DNA of 64,000 bases from Sminthopsis crassicaudata (taxonomy: Eukaryota): the NCBI RefSeq assembly GCF_048593235.1, contig NC_133622.1:238917198-238981197 (forward strand), in the 5' to 3' direction. The translations under genes and the position numbers were made by a program. How positions within the stretch are numbered: the stretch's first letter is position 1; every line of letters starts with the position of its first letter. Below the pieces are notes generated by a model that worked only from the letters and a program-made list of their open reading frames with translations, was not told the origin of the DNA and searched no databases. This document shows positions 1-13,939 of the stretch, piece by piece.

Positions 1-410
1 CAACAAAAAGCATGAACATACTATGTTCTGATCCACACTCAGTTCCCACAGTCCTTTCTCTGGGTGTAGATGGCTTGCTTAATCACAAGATTACTAGAAT
101 TGGCTTGAATCATCTCATTGTTGAAAAGAGCCACATCCATCAGAATTGATCATCATATAATCTTCTTGTTGCCATATACAATGATCTCTTGGTTCTGCTC
201 ATTTCACTTAGCATCAGTTCTTATAAGTCTCTCTAGGCCTCTTTGAAATCATCCTACTGATCATAACTTATAGAACAATGTAACATTCATACATCATAAC
301 TTATTTAGCCATTCTCCAACTGATGGGCAGCCACTCAGTTTCCAGTTTCTTGCTGCTACAAAAAGGACTGCTACAAACATTTTTGCACATGTGGGTCCCT
401 TTCCCTCCTT
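1..410 (-). mobile_element. L1 3' end fragment
   Basis: Reverse complement of the marsupial L1 ORF2 C-terminus and 3' UTR, for example catttttgcacatgtgggtccc and ccattctccaactgatgggca. Confidence 0.85.
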
Positions 411-1237
411 TCAGATCTTTTCATCATCATTTTTAAAAGAAGTACTTAAATGCTAATTAAGAGATGGTGGGAAAACAGTAAGAACAATCACCTACAACTT
501 TTAGCTATAGTTATTTGTTATTATAAAGTCTCAAGTCACAATTAAGGTTATTTTCCCCCAAGACTGTTTTCACTCAGTTTACATCACACAAGATCATGAA
601 CTCAAGCATAAATGAAGAAACAACAATGCTCATTTCACATAATTGGATGTCTGTTTTCTTCCTGCAACCTTCTCTTCTATTATAGTATAGTAAAGAAAGG
701 ACCAAAAATGAGATGAAGTCTGGATATGAGTTCAGTTTCTTATGGCAGTTAGAAACATGCATTGACCACTGAGAGTGTTGTAAAAGACTTTAGATTTCAT
801 TGAGTACTATAATATTGAACCAGGATGTCTCATTTCAGAGGAGGTTAATATACTTTTATAAATTAATTTTGTGGATTGATAGAATAGAAACAAAGAAAGA
901 AGTACCTTGTATATTCCTTCTTTTGAGGTGAAAAAGAATTCTTAGAAGTAGAACTTTATTTAAGGGGAAAAAAATATTTTCCTTTGCCTGGAATTCTCAA
1001 ATTGTTATCTCAGGATTTCTAAAGTTTTAAAAATCAAGGACCTCCAAAAAGTTTTATTTCTCTGATTTTTCAATTATATGTAATCACTAACATAGAGTAT
1101 AATTATTAATGTAACATATCAACATTATATTTAATAATATCTTATTTTAAATATTAAAATACCTTAGTACTAGTGTGATTTTTTTTTTTTTTACTGAGTA
1201 AAGCCTGTGATTATATCTCATTTTTCCTGCAAAAGAT

Positions 1238-1281
<44 letters not shown>

Positions 1282-1455
1282 TGTTGATTCTTCCACATTA
1301 GATTTTAATCTCCTCAAGGGTAGGGGATCTAATTTGTTTTTGTTTTTTGTTTTTTTTCCCTATAACTATAATTAAACATAGATCTTGTCACACATTAGGT
1401 GCATATAAAAGTTTATTAAAGGTGAGAGGAGAAGGATCTCAGGGACCTAGAGAGG
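1..1455. repeat. Segmental duplication, paralog of about 34430-36570
   Basis: Collinear similarity runs past the shared L1 junction into non-repeat DNA, for example tgctcatttcacataattggatgtctgttttcttcctgcaaccttctcttcta, identical in both copies. Confidence 0.9.
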
Positions 1456-2379
1456 TCTTTGGATCTTATTTTGAGAACTACTGCTTCACACTTTTTTCAA
1501 TTTTATCCTTCATTCAACAATAAGGTAATTAACAATCCTTATCTTATTCTAGACAATGATAAAATTCTACAATAAGTCTCAAATACTGATGAAGTAGACT
1601 ACTTTCAAGCTAAGGCAGATATAAACTACCTATTTTTCATTATAGCTATAAATCAAGTTAGTACCAATGTATTCAGTATCTACAATCTACCTAATACTCC
1701 ATTAATCTATTAGTACCAACATTCCTTGCTCCCCCCCAAAAAATGCACTCTAATTGAGGAAACCAGGCAAATATCTATATACAGAAAGAAATATAGACAA
1801 GATATTATTATGGACATAGCTAGAGATTATTTGATAGCGATAGCTACCATTCTAAATGATCCACATGTAGAAATGTAGAAAGCAAAAGCCAGTTTCATTA
1901 TATATTTCAGCCTAGGTATAAAAGTTCTCACTTAACTCAGAGAAATGAACAGAGATTATTTTAAAACATATATTTTCATGTAAAATCAGAAAAAATAAAA
2001 GAAGGTATAATTTTGAATTGCAACTGCCAGACATAGGAATTTAAGACTATTCTGCAAAGAGAAAAAGATTTACATTTCAAAATGCATGAGACTTTCATTT
2101 CAAGATAAGTGATTAAAAAAAAAAATAGATCTCTCATTGATCCATAATCAATTAGTAAAAGAAAATTCTGCAATTTATAACCATCATGTAGATGTCATAA
2201 ATTATTTTGTCTCTCCACTTCACATCTGATTTATTATTATTTTTTTTTAATTTCAATCAAAATAGTTGGACATCTTGGTTTTTTTTTAGCAATCTGTAAG
2301 TTATCATGCCAGGCAAAAATAATAATAGAAGAAATGAGAATTTTTAAAAAAGCTTTATACATCTGTAATCACATCAGAG

Positions 2380-3330
2380 AGAAGACATTAATATTAGGTG
2401 GAAAAGCAAGGGAGAGATTATTGCAAATGGTGGAATTTTAGCTGAGAATTAAAGGAAACCATGAAAGGCAAAAAGCAGAAACAAAGATGAGAGACAGAAT
2501 TCTGGGACGTGGAATAGTCAGGGAAAATTCATAGTAGAATTAAATACTTTGTCAAAGTCTAACAGAGACACTTTAATCATGGGCTTATATAATATATGAT
2601 AGGGAAGATAAGGCAAATATTAATGTAAGAAGGTGCAAAGTCATGAAGTGGTTTAAAATGTAATGAATATATTTTTGTTGCTGTTGTTTTTTTTTTTTTT
2701 ATTTTTTATTTTTTTTTCAATTTGCAACTGATAGCAACCAGGAATTAATCAATTTCATCAAATCAGAGAATGTCATAATCAGATTTCCACTTTGGGAAGA
2801 TCATTTTGATGGCAGAGGGTAAATGGATTTGAGTGTTCACAGATTGAAGAGGGAGATCATCCAGAGGGATATTATAATAGTCCGTGAGTAATGTGATGAG
2901 GATTTGAACTAAAATAGCATTGTCAGAGTGTAGAAGAACATATATTGAAAAGATTCTTAGAAGGTAAAATTGACAAGATATTTGAAAGATTGATTATGAA
3001 TTTTGATAGAGAATGAGAAGTCAAAGATGATGTTTATAAGCTTGGATAACTGGAAGGATGATCATGTGCTTGACAGGAGATTTAAGGAAAGAGGGAAATT
3101 AGTTTTGTTTTTTGTTTTTTTTTGGGGGGGAGGATGATGATATTGAATTTTCAACATATAGAGTTAAAATATCTACAGTTTCTCCAAATATCCTATAAGA
3201 AGTTTGAAGACTGGCAATCTATAGTGAGGTTAGGCTTGAATGAATAAATTATTTATATAACTATGTTAAGTGAATCCATGGGGACTGATGATATCAGCAA
3301 AGAAGTAGTAAGTGGAACAAAGTATTGAGA
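2380..3330 (-). mobile_element. Degraded L2-like LINE
   Basis: Typical minus-strand L2 phrases (gatcattttgatggcagag, gtgatgaggatttgaact, agaagtcaaagatga), heavily diverged. Confidence 0.55.
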
Positions 3331-3447
3331 TATTAACATTTCTAAGGGGTAGATGTTTTTTCTCAAAACAATATATCCACGGCTTTTTTTTCCTGACTTG
3401 CTGGTGAATATATACATGTGCAGCAATTGATGCTGTTAATGATCATT

Positions 3448-4291
3448 AAGAAAGATCATACCCAGAAAAAGATATTAAATGTTTGAAGGGATATAGGAAA
3501 ACTGGGGCATTAGTACAGTATTGGTGGAATTATAAACTGATCCAACCATCCTGATAAGCAATTTGGAATTATGCCTCAAGGGCTATCAAATTGTGCATAC
3601 CCTTGGATCCACTTTTATCTCTACTGAGTCTGCATTTGGAAGAGATAATCGAAAAGGGAAAAGAATCCACATGTGCAAAAATGTATGTAGCAGCCCTTTT
3701 TATAGTAGCAATGAACTGAGTGGATGCACAACAATTGGGGAATGGCTGAATAAGTAATAGTATATGAATGCAGTGGAATATTATTTTTCTCTAAGAAATG
3801 ATAAACAAGATGGTTTCAGAGATGCCTGAAGCGACTTACATGAACTGATTCTAAGTCAAGTGAGTAGAAGAGTATTATATACAGTAATAAGATTTTGCAG
3901 TCATTAATTACAATGGACTTGGCTCTTTTCCACAATGAAATTATTCAGGCCAGTTCCAATAGACATAATGGAGAGAGCCATCTGCATCCAGAGAAAGGAC
4001 TGTGGTATCTGTATAGAGATCACAACATAGCATTTGCCCATTTTATTGTTGTTGTTATTGTTGGTTTGCTTGTGTTTTCTTTCTAATTGTTTTTCTTTGT
4101 GATCTGATTTTTCTTGTGTAGCATGATAAATATGGAAATATATTTAGAAGGATTCTACATGGTTAACCTACTTTGGATTACTTGCTATCTAGGATGGAGA
4201 GACAGTTGGAGGGAGAGAGAAAATTTGGAACAAAAGGTTTTGCAAGAGTGAATGCTGAAAACCAACTTTGCATGTATTTTGAAAAATGAAA
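3448..4291 (+). mobile_element. L1 3' fragment (end of ORF2 plus 3' UTR)
   Basis: Encodes remnants of GNLIHCWWNC and HMCKNVCSS, followed by the typical 3' UTR ending gcatgtattttgaaaaat. Confidence 0.85.
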
Positions 4292-4296
4292 TCCTA

Positions 4297-4857
4297 GGTG
4301 GAGGAACCAAGATGGTGGAGAGGATACACATTTCTTTCACATCTTCTCCCACAACCCTCAGAATAATTAGCAAATCTAGCCTCTGAATTAACTCTGGACT
4401 GCAGAATTCATGAATATTGGGAGTGCAACAAATTATCAGCAGAAGATAATTTCAAAGATTGCCAGAAAAGATCTGTTTCAATCCAGCAGAGAGAGAGGCA
4501 GGCCAAGTGTAAACAGGCCAGAGAGCAAAGACAGCACAGAGTCCTATGGTGGTGCACACTGAAAAATCTACAGGGAGAAATTTATATCAGTGTTGGCTAT
4601 TCTGTCCTAGTTACAAGCCAGTAGAACAGTAAAGAACTTATAAAAGATCCAATACAAAAGGTAAATAGTGAACCCCAAAACACCAGAAACTTACAGGATC
4701 TGGCCACACCTACACAGCACCAGAAGTCAGTAAACACTGACTCAGCACAACCCATGCCACTTGTAGAAGAAGCTATAATAACCCCCATTGCCCTAAAAAC
4801 AGATATCAACTTTAAAAAAATGAATAAAAAACCAAAACTAACTCTGAACATAAATAG

Positions 4858-4888
<31 letters not shown>

Positions 4889-7800
4889 GTTTTTGTATGG
4901 TGAAAGAGAATAGTTTTCAAATCCTGAGGAGACTAAAAGCAGATAATCTCCAGAGGAAGCCCAAAAGATGATATAAATTTGTCCCCATCACACAAGTATC
5001 TCCTAGAAGGAATTAAAAAGGATCTTGAAAGAGAGCTAGAAGAAAAATGGGGAAAGGAAATGAAAACTTTGTAAGAAGTTTTAGAAAATACAATACAAAA
5101 TAGATTTACTGAAATGGAAAAAGCATATGACTCATTAAAAGATAGATTTGACAAAATTGAAAAAGAAAACTCTCAGAAGAACAGAATTTATGAAACAGAA
5201 AAAGAAAATAACTTCTTAAAAACAGAATTTGTGAAATGGAAAAAGAAAATAAATAACCCCTTAAAAAACAGAATTTTTGAAATGGAAAAAAAAAAAGATT
5301 CCATGGAACAAAACAATTCATTTAAAAATGAGACAAGATACTAAAAGTTGTGGGATGCAGCCAATGTGGAAATAAGGGGATAGCATAAAATAGAGAAAGA
5401 GAAGATCAATGAATAGGGCTTGCAACTAAAAAAGCTAGAAAAAGAACAAATTAAAATAAAAACCCTAATCAAATACCAAACTTTAAATTCTAAAAATAAA
5501 AGCAGAGATTAATAAAATTAAAAGTAAAAAAAAATTTTTGAATTAATAGATAAAACTAAGCATTGGTGTTATGAAAAAAAAACAATATAGATCAACATTT
5601 AGTTAATTTGGTTAGAAAAAGGAAAGAGAAAAATCAAATTTTTAGTCTTAGAAATGGGAGAGCTTTCCATCAACAAAGAGTAAATTACACCAATAATTAG
5701 GAGTTATTTTGCCCCCCTTTATACCAGTAAATTTGATAACCTAAGTGATATGGAGGAATACCTATAAAAAATTAGGTTGCCCGGATTAACAGAAGAGGAA
5801 ATAAATTACTTAAATAGTCCCCTTTTAGAAAAAGAAATAGAAAAAGCTATAAATCAACATCCTAAGAAAAAAGTCCCCAAGACTAGATGTATTTACATGT
5901 GAATTCTACCAAACATTTAAAGACAATTAACTCCAATACTATATAAATTATTTGAAAAAATAGGGAATTAAGGACTCCTACCAAATTCCTTTTATGACAC
6001 AGACATGGTACTTATACTTAAATCAGGTAGGACAAAAACAGAAAAATAAAATTATAGCCCAATCTCCCTAATGAATATTGATGCAAAAATCAAATAAAAT
6101 ATTACTAAAGATCATCCCCAGGATAATATATCATGACCAAGTAGAATTTATACCAGGAATGCAGGGCTGGTTCGATATTAATAAAACTATTAACATAATT
6201 GATTTTACCAATAACCAAATTAACAAAAAAATATCTCAATAGATGCAGAAAAAGCATTTGATAAAATCCAACACCCATTTTTATTAAAACAAGTATAAAG
6301 TATAGGAATAAATGGACTTTTTCTTAAAAGAGTAGCATTTATTCAACACTATCAGCAAGCATCATATGTAATGGCCATAAACTGGAATCATTCCCAATAA
6401 GATCAGGAGTGAAACAAGATTTCATTATCACTATTAGTATTCAATATTGTATTAGAAATGCTAGCTTTGTCAATAAGAGAAGAAAAAAAGATTAAAAGAA
6501 TTAGACTGGGTAATGAGAAAACCAAATTATCATTCTTTGCAGATGATATGATGGTATACTTTGAGAACTCTCAAGAATCAAGTAAAAAAACTATTAGAAA
6601 TAATCCACAACTTTAGAAAAGTTTCACGATACAAAATAAATGCACATAAATCATCAGCATTCTTATACATCACTAACAAAATCAAACAGTAAGAGATACA
6701 AAGAAAAAAATCCATCTAAAATAACTGTCAAAAGTATAAGATATTTGGAACTCTATCTTCCAAGGGAAAGTCCGGAACTATATAAGCAAAACTACAAAGC
6801 ACTTTCCACACAAATAAAGTCAGATCTAGACAATTGGAAAAACATCAAGTGCTCTTGGATAGGTTGAGTAAATATAATAAAGATGACAACACTACCTAAA
6901 CTAATCTATTTTGTGCTATACCAATCAGACTCCCAAAAACCTATTTTACTAACCTAGAAAAAATAACAACAAAATTCATCTGAAAGAACAAAAGCTGAAG
7001 AATTTCCAGGAAATAAATGAAAAGCAAAGCAAATGAGGTGGCCTAGCTATACCAGATCTAAAACTATATTATAAAGCAGCGATCATCAAAATCATTTGGT
7101 ACTGGCTAAAAAGTAGAGCAGTTGATTAGTGGAATAGGTTAGGTTCACAGGACAAAATAATTAATAACTATAGCAATCTCATGTTTGATAAACCCAAAGA
7201 CCCTAGCTTTTGGGATAAGAATTCACTATTTGATAAAAATTGCTGGGAAAATTGGAAACTAGTATGGAAGAAACTAGGCATTGATTCACATGTAACAATG
7301 TATACCAAGATTAGGTCAAAATGGATTCATGATGAGATTATAAATAAATTAGAGGAACATAGGATAGTTTGCCTCTCAGACCTGTGGAGGAGGAAGGAAT
7401 TTGTGACCAAAGAAGAACTAGAGATCATTATTGATCACAAAATAGAAAATTTTCATTATATTAAGTTAAAACATTTTTGTGCAAACAAAACTAATGCAGA
7501 CGAGTTAAAAGGGAAGCAATATACTGAGAAAACATTTTTACTTTTAAATGTTGTGATAAAGGCCTCATTTCTAAAATATATAGAGAATCAACTCAAATTT
7601 ATAAGAATTCAAGCCATTCTCCAATTGATAAATGGTCAAAGGACATAATATACAATTTTCAGAGAAAGAAATTGAAACTATTTCTGGTCATATGAATAGT
7701 TCTCCAAATCCCTTGTGATCAGAGAAATACAAATTAAGACAATTCTGAGATACCATCACACACTTGTCAGATTGACTAGAATAACAGGGAAAGATAATGT

Positions 7801-8530
7801 GGAATGTTGGAGGGGATGTAGGAAAACTGGGACACTGATACATTGTTGGTTGAACTGTGAACAGATCCAACCATTCTGGATAGCAATTTTGAACTATGTT
7901 CAAAATGTCATCAAACTATGTACCCTTTCACCCAGTAGTGTTTCTACTGTGCTTATAGCCCAAAGAGATCCTAAAAGAGGGAAAGGGACCCACATGTGCA
8001 AAAATGTTTGTGGCACCCCTTTTTGTAGTGGTAAGAAACTAGAAATTGGATGGATGCCCATCAATTGAAGAATGACTGATAAATTATGGTATATGAATGT
8101 TATGGAATATTATTGTTCTATAAGAAACAACCAGCAAGATGATTTCAGAGAGGCCTGGAGAGACTTACATGGACTGATGCTAAGTGAAATGAGCCAAATT
8201 AGGAGATCACTATACATGGCAACAAGATTATACAATGATCAATTCTGATGGACATGACTCTCTTCTTTAAAGAGATGATTCAAACCAATTCCAACTGTTC
8301 AGTGATGAAGAGAGCCATCTATACTCAGAGAAAGAAACATAGTAACTGAGTGTGGACCACATCATAGCATTATCACTCTTTCTGTTATTGTTTGATTACA
8401 TTTTATTTTCTTTCTCAGTTTCTTTTGTCCTTTTTTGATCCAATTTTTCTTCTGCATCAAGATAACTATCTAAATATTTTACATATATTGAATTTACAAT
8501 ACATTTTAACATATTCAACATGAGAAAAAG
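4297..8530 (+). mobile_element. Near full-length L1 with internal deletion, degraded
   Basis: The 5' UTR starts ggaggaaccaagatggtggag. ORF1 coiled-coil repeats lie at about 4950-5320, and ORF2 remnants include RT F-A-D-D (tttgcagatgatatgatgg at about 6535), FDKPKD..WDKNSLFDKNCWENW and the HCW motif, then the 3' UTR. Confidence 0.92.
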
Positions 8531-8564
8531 AAAAAAATAGAGAGGTTTATCATCAAAAAAATAG

Positions 8565-8925
8565 AGAAGAGTCACATCCATCAGAATTGAGCATCACACA
8601 ATCTTGTTGCTGTGGACAATGTTCCCTTGGTTCTACTCACTTCACTTAGCATCAGTCTATATAAGTTTCTCCAGGTCTCTGAATCATTCTTCTGACTGTT
8701 TTTTATAGAACAATAATATTTCATAACATTCATATACCATAACTTATTCAGCTATGCTCTAATTGATGGGCAGCCACTCATTTTCCAGTTCCTTGCCACT
8801 ACAAAAAGGGCTGCTACATACCTTTTCCACAAGAAGTTCCTTTTTTTCTTATATATTATCTCTTTGGGATACAGGCCTAGTAGAGATTCGACTGGATCAA
8901 AGGGTATGCACAATGCCCTTTGGGT
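8565..8925 (-). mobile_element. L1 3' fragment
   Basis: Reverse-complement L1 3' sequence (cacatccatcagaattg ... ggatcaaagggtatgcaca). Confidence 0.8.
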
Positions 8926-8985
8926 ATATAGGAACTTTATTCTTTATAACATTATATTAAAGTACTTGAGTTTTTCCTTTTTATA

Positions 8986-9162
8986 CAGAGTTTCTCAAAC
9001 TTTTTACACTGGTGACTTCTTTTTTTCCCCCAAAATTTTATAGTCCTATAAATATAAAATTGATATAAAATCAAACTTTTACTAGTAATACCTTATAAAT
9101 TTGTATCCCACATTTAGTTACAACATTCCTTAGGAGTGGATGATCCAAATTTTAAGAAGCTG
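8986..9162. mobile_element. Possible hAT/Charlie-type MITE remnant
   Basis: It begins CAGAGTTTCTCAAAC and ends with a degenerate inverted copy (ttttaagaagctg). There is no clean TSD. Confidence 0.3.
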
Positions 9163-10604
9163 GTCTTTACACTAGCCCCATAAATCATCTTACTTTGTTG
9201 GTTTTGTCTTTCTCCAAGGCCACTGTATATTGCCTGACACACAGTAGCATTTTTTAAACAAAACTTTTGTCAATGAATGAATGAAATAACAATAGAATGC
9301 TATTATACCAAACCCCATCACTGGATAACTTTGCCCATACTACAAGGAAAATTATTATTCATAAAACTTAACTTCATAAATTGCAAGAGTGAGAAAATAA
9401 GTTGAACCAATATATAAAGGCCAGTGTGAAATAGGAGAAAAATAACTGAATTTCTCCTCAAAATTAAAATTTTCCAAATTGGCTCTTAGATTTAAAAATG
9501 ACATATGTGACCTTGGAAGAAATCATTCTGTATTCCTGTACCAGTTTCCTTCATATAAAAAGTGAAGGAATTAGATGAGCTGTTAGTGGTATTTTTTTTT
9601 CTTTTCCTAAGTAACTTTTCAAAATGTTTTATGAACTCTAAAATACTACATTCTATCTGGAACCTTAAAAGCAAGTTTCAAACAATAATATCAAAATATA
9701 CTTCATACAGATTAGCAGGCAAGTCTCCAAATCCCCAAATGCTTCTATTGCTGTACTTCACTCATTTCAGACAGAAATATTCCACAGAGACTCTCTCCCT
9801 ACAAATATGATTCCTTTTGAGGAAGAAGGTCTGATTTGCTACCCTTAACTGAATAATACAGACTACAATTATTAGATGCAGACAGTTTTTCACTAGACTT
9901 CAACTTAACATCATTTAATTTTCTTCTAGGAAAGAACACTGATTTCTAAAAGAATTGCTTCTGGCCTACAAGAAAAGCTGTAAATCAGTCCCTTTTAACA
10001 CTGTGTTCTGATGTAGAATTGAAGGATTATAAGAGAAATACAATTTGGAGCTGAGGAAGGACACCAAAAATCACACCTGAAATATACACTATATTTTTGT
10101 AAAATGGAAATTCTCAATTAGCGATTTTTTTCTATGCCACTTCCTTTTCCCTCTACCTTTTCTAAGATTTAAAAAAAAAAAAAAAACTTCAATTGTGAAA
10201 AATTTTATTTGCCTAGTCTTCTCCCCCATTTTATTAGCAAGAAAAGTGAATCTCCCAGATGAGAAATGACTTGCTTAAAATCATCTTTACTGGTAAGTCA
10301 TGTAACATTGTTTTGTCTCTCATTGCCCGGACCCTTTACACTTCTTTGTATTTTTATATTCTTCATTTTCCTAATCTCTTCCCTCTTTTTTTTTTCCTTT
10401 GTACCTTGTGTATATGTGTGTATGTAAATTGTGTTGTATATCAACAAAGTAGATTTCATTAATTTAATACATTAATAATTTTAGAGGAATTCTTAGACTG
10501 GGTTTAACTATTATAGTTTTATAATCCTCACCAATTTTAAATTCTTCCATCATTTCTATTGGAAATTGCAGTAATCTCATCAAGCCAGATACACTATAAG
10601 AGCA

Positions 10605-10777
10605 NNNNNNNNNNNNNNNNNNNNNNNNNNNNNNNNNNNNNNNNNNNNNNNNNNNNNNNNNNNNNNNNNNNNNNNNNNNNNNNNNNNNNNNNNNNNNNNN
10701 NNNNNNNNNNNNNNNNNNNNNNNNNNNNNNNNNNNNNNNNNNNNNNNNNNNNNNNNNNNNNNNNNNNNNNNNNNNNN
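10605..10777. other. Assembly gap (173 N), followed by a pyrimidine-rich (TTC/TCC) simple repeat to about 10880
   Basis: Run of N. Confidence 1.
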
Positions 10778-11618
10778 TTCTTCTCCTTCTTTTCCTTGTC
10801 CTTCTTCTTGTCCTTATCCTTCTCCTCCTTGTCCTTGTCCTTGTCCTTCTCCTTCTTCTTCTCCTTCTCCTCCCTCCTTTATTTCAGAAGTAGACATTTG
10901 ATAGTGGCACAGGGAAGGGAGACCTTATCTGAAAGTCCAAAGATTTTAGCATACCATTCCAAAGTACACACTGGTTATGGATAATTTACTGCCCCAAACT
11001 GGAATGGTTTCCTCCTCTGTGAAATGGGTCGTTTTTGTTAAATTATTTCTATAGTTTCATTCAGCACCTTGGGGCTTTAAATTTAGAGACCTATTGTGAT
11101 CTTTCCCACAGAAACAAATAAAACGTTCCATTTTTCCTCTGTTCTTAGGTTTTATGCTCTTAGTGTGCTGTTAATATCATCATATATTGATGATAAAAAT
11201 AAAACTTTGCTCAAGTTTTTAAAATGATAAGATTCACTTATATAGAATTATATAGAATTTAGCAATAGTTGCCTTAGTCCTTCATCCCTACTCCTGTTTT
11301 TTAGAATGCCTTCAGAATGATGAAATAAAGAGCAGAAGTTTAGAAATCAGAGGTCCTGGATTGAAATTGTGCATTTAATCCTTTGTGTTTATCTTTCCTT
11401 GAACATCTCCCAACCTCTTTCTATTTTATTTAATTAGAGGAACAATCTAGATAGTTTATAAAATCCTTTCAAGCTCCAAAGTCATGATCTTAAACTGTAA
11501 TTTATCCATCAGAAAGCATTTAGCAAATGTGTACTATATTCCTGGCAGTGTCACAAGCCCAAGTGCTTTCTGCCTTTGATCTAAATTAGCTTACTTTTCA
11601 TTAGCTGTGAAAGCATAT

Positions 11619-11664
<46 letters not shown>

Positions 11665-11810
11665 ACAAATAACAAAGATAATATAATATTTTGAGAGGGT
11701 AGAGGAAGGGGTAAAGCAATGCTAGCTCTCAGGCATCAGGTACATCTTTTATGCTGAAGATAGTACTTTAACAGTTTGTGACTAAAAATGTAATTTAAAA
11801 TATAGATCAG

Positions 11811-11935
11811 GGGGCAGCTAGGTGACACAGTGGATAGAGCACCAGCCCTGAATTCAGGAGGACCAGAGTTCAAATCTGGTCTCAGACACTTAACACTTCC
11901 TAGCTTGGTGACCTTAACCCCAGCCTCAGGGGGGA
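11811..11935 (+). mobile_element. WSINE1-type short CORE-SINE
   Basis: The head is ggggcagctaggtgacacagtggatagagc with B box gttcaaatc. TSD aaaat(a/g)tagatcag at 11797-11810 and about 11936-11949. Confidence 0.88.
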
Positions 11936-12620
11936 AAAATGTAGATCAGCTATTAATTTAAATAAGGTAATGAATCAAATACTGATACTATTGTACACAT
12001 TGTTCTTTAATTTTTAGAGATCTTTTTGAATTCCTTATTTGAAAATGTTTCTTTTTTCTTAGGTAAGACTAATTTGCTAATGTAAATATTAAAATCATAA
12101 CTAGTAGAAGAAGGCCTTTGATTATAAAATTGTTACTTTCTCTGAAGTTGCTAAATCCAAATAAGGACAATTTATATTTAATGATACTTCCAGAAATTGT
12201 CTTTATTATTTAAATGTTAATATAATAAATGTAACATGCTCTTGGAAGTCAGGATATTGAATATCACAGGCACTTTTAGATAAAGAAGTATGAAAGCAAG
12301 AGTTTAAGGAGGATAACATATTAGGTCTATGAAAATGTGTTAATATTTTATAAAAAAAAAATTCTGTTGATTTTCTCCAATAAGCTATATTTTTGTGTGA
12401 GTATGCTTGTAATTCAAAAGTGAATTCAGAACAACTCAGAGCTATAGTAGGAGACCAAAACAAACTTGGAAGGAATAAATATCTAAAAACAAAATAAAAC
12501 CGAAAAAGGGATTCCCACAATGAGAATTCAGAATCATTTTCATATTCTCACTGTTGAGGGCAAAAAGACAAAAAGATGGGAAACAGATTAAGAATCAACT
12601 GAGAGCTCAATTTAGACTGG

Positions 12621-12624
<4 letters not shown>

Positions 12625-12678
<54 letters not shown>
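12625..12678. repeat. (AT)n microsatellite
   Basis: Perfect dinucleotide run. Confidence 0.98.
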
Positions 12679-12682
<4 letters not shown>

Positions 12683-13544
12683 GTATTGTAAGTATTGTAA
12701 AATATAATCATTCTGAATTATATTACAATACAACGTGACTAGTCAATAAAATATTTAAAATAAAAAAATAGAAGTAAATATATTTTATCTTAAAATAGGA
12801 AGCCCCCAAATTTGAATTTAGGGGGTAAGATATTTTCAGCCCTGTTTTAGAAAAATCATTCAAGGAAGAATGTATAGGAGTGAAAAGAGAGAGGTTTGAG
12901 GCAGGAAAACCAATGAAGAAAAATATTCAAATACTCAGAGTTCTGACTTAAGTCTTAAACTAGGTGATTGACTGTATAATTAAAGAGGAAAGATAAAAGC
13001 GAGAGTAGACACAGAAATGACAAGATTTGGCAAGTTATTGGTCATGTGTGGTGCAAAAAGGACAGAAACTGCATACAACTATAAGTAAGGGAATCCAAGC
13101 TGTGGAGGGAAGTTCATGCTAAGGAGTATGTGATGGAACATGCTCTAACCAACTATTAACTATTCTTTGTGAGCACATAATGTCTCAGAAATTGGCAATA
13201 TTAATAAGTCAGGACTTGATATGTTGTATTACTGATTGTCTAAATTTAAGAAAGTTCTGATGATGTAGATTACACTTGAAAGCATATGTGAATGCTTCTT
13301 ACTTTCCCCCAGAAATCTCAGCATTTACCAACATATCCTTTTATTGGGCCTATAGTAGGGCCTGCTTGAGTTCAGTCATCAACAGATTGGAGTCCTGGTT
13401 ACTCAAGATATTAAAATTAATAATGATGGTGATGGTGATTGTGATGAGGATAACAACACAATGCTTTGTTTGGTTATTTTTATATCCATAATCTCACTTA
13501 AGCCTCATAATAATCTTAATATTAATTCAGGGAAGGCACTAGAA

Positions 13545-13875
13545 TTAAGATCCAATAGACTTGTGACAAAAAGTGCCATCTGTGTCCAAAGAAAGAACTA
13601 CGAACAGTGAATGTGAGTCAAAGCACAGTTATTTTCATCATTTTTGTTGTTGTTTGTTTGCTTGTTTTTTCCCCATTTTTCTTCTTTTGAGCTGATTTTC
13701 TTATGCAGCATGATGAATATGGAAATATGTTCAGAAGAAGTACACATGCTAAACTTATACTGTCTTGCTGTCTTGGGGAGGGGTAGAGGACAGGGAGAAA
13801 AAATGAAACACAGGATTTAGTAAAGGTGATTTTTGAAAATTAACTTTGCATATATTCAGAAAAATAAAACACTTA
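13545..13875 (+). mobile_element. L1 3' UTR fragment
   Basis: Contains gccatctgtgtccaaagaaagaact ... aactttgcatatattcagaaaaaataaaa. Confidence 0.75.
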
Positions 13876-13939
13876 CAAAAATTTAAGAGAGATTGAAAAA
13901 GTTTTCCTAATAATGGGATTTTATTTGGTACTTAAGAGA

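Noticed and set aside
6640-8068. ORFs of 75-155 aa, and similar ones at 3563, 35921 and 49398
   Set aside because: They are fragments of L1 ORF2, not host genes.
10559-10984. ORFs spanning N gaps (also 19425-19716)
   Set aside because: They are open only because N runs contain no stop codons.
11811-11890. tRNA-like A and B boxes (also 15909, 30410, 43808, 44785)
   Set aside because: They are SINE heads with TSDs and A tails, not tRNA genes, and they have no cloverleaf.
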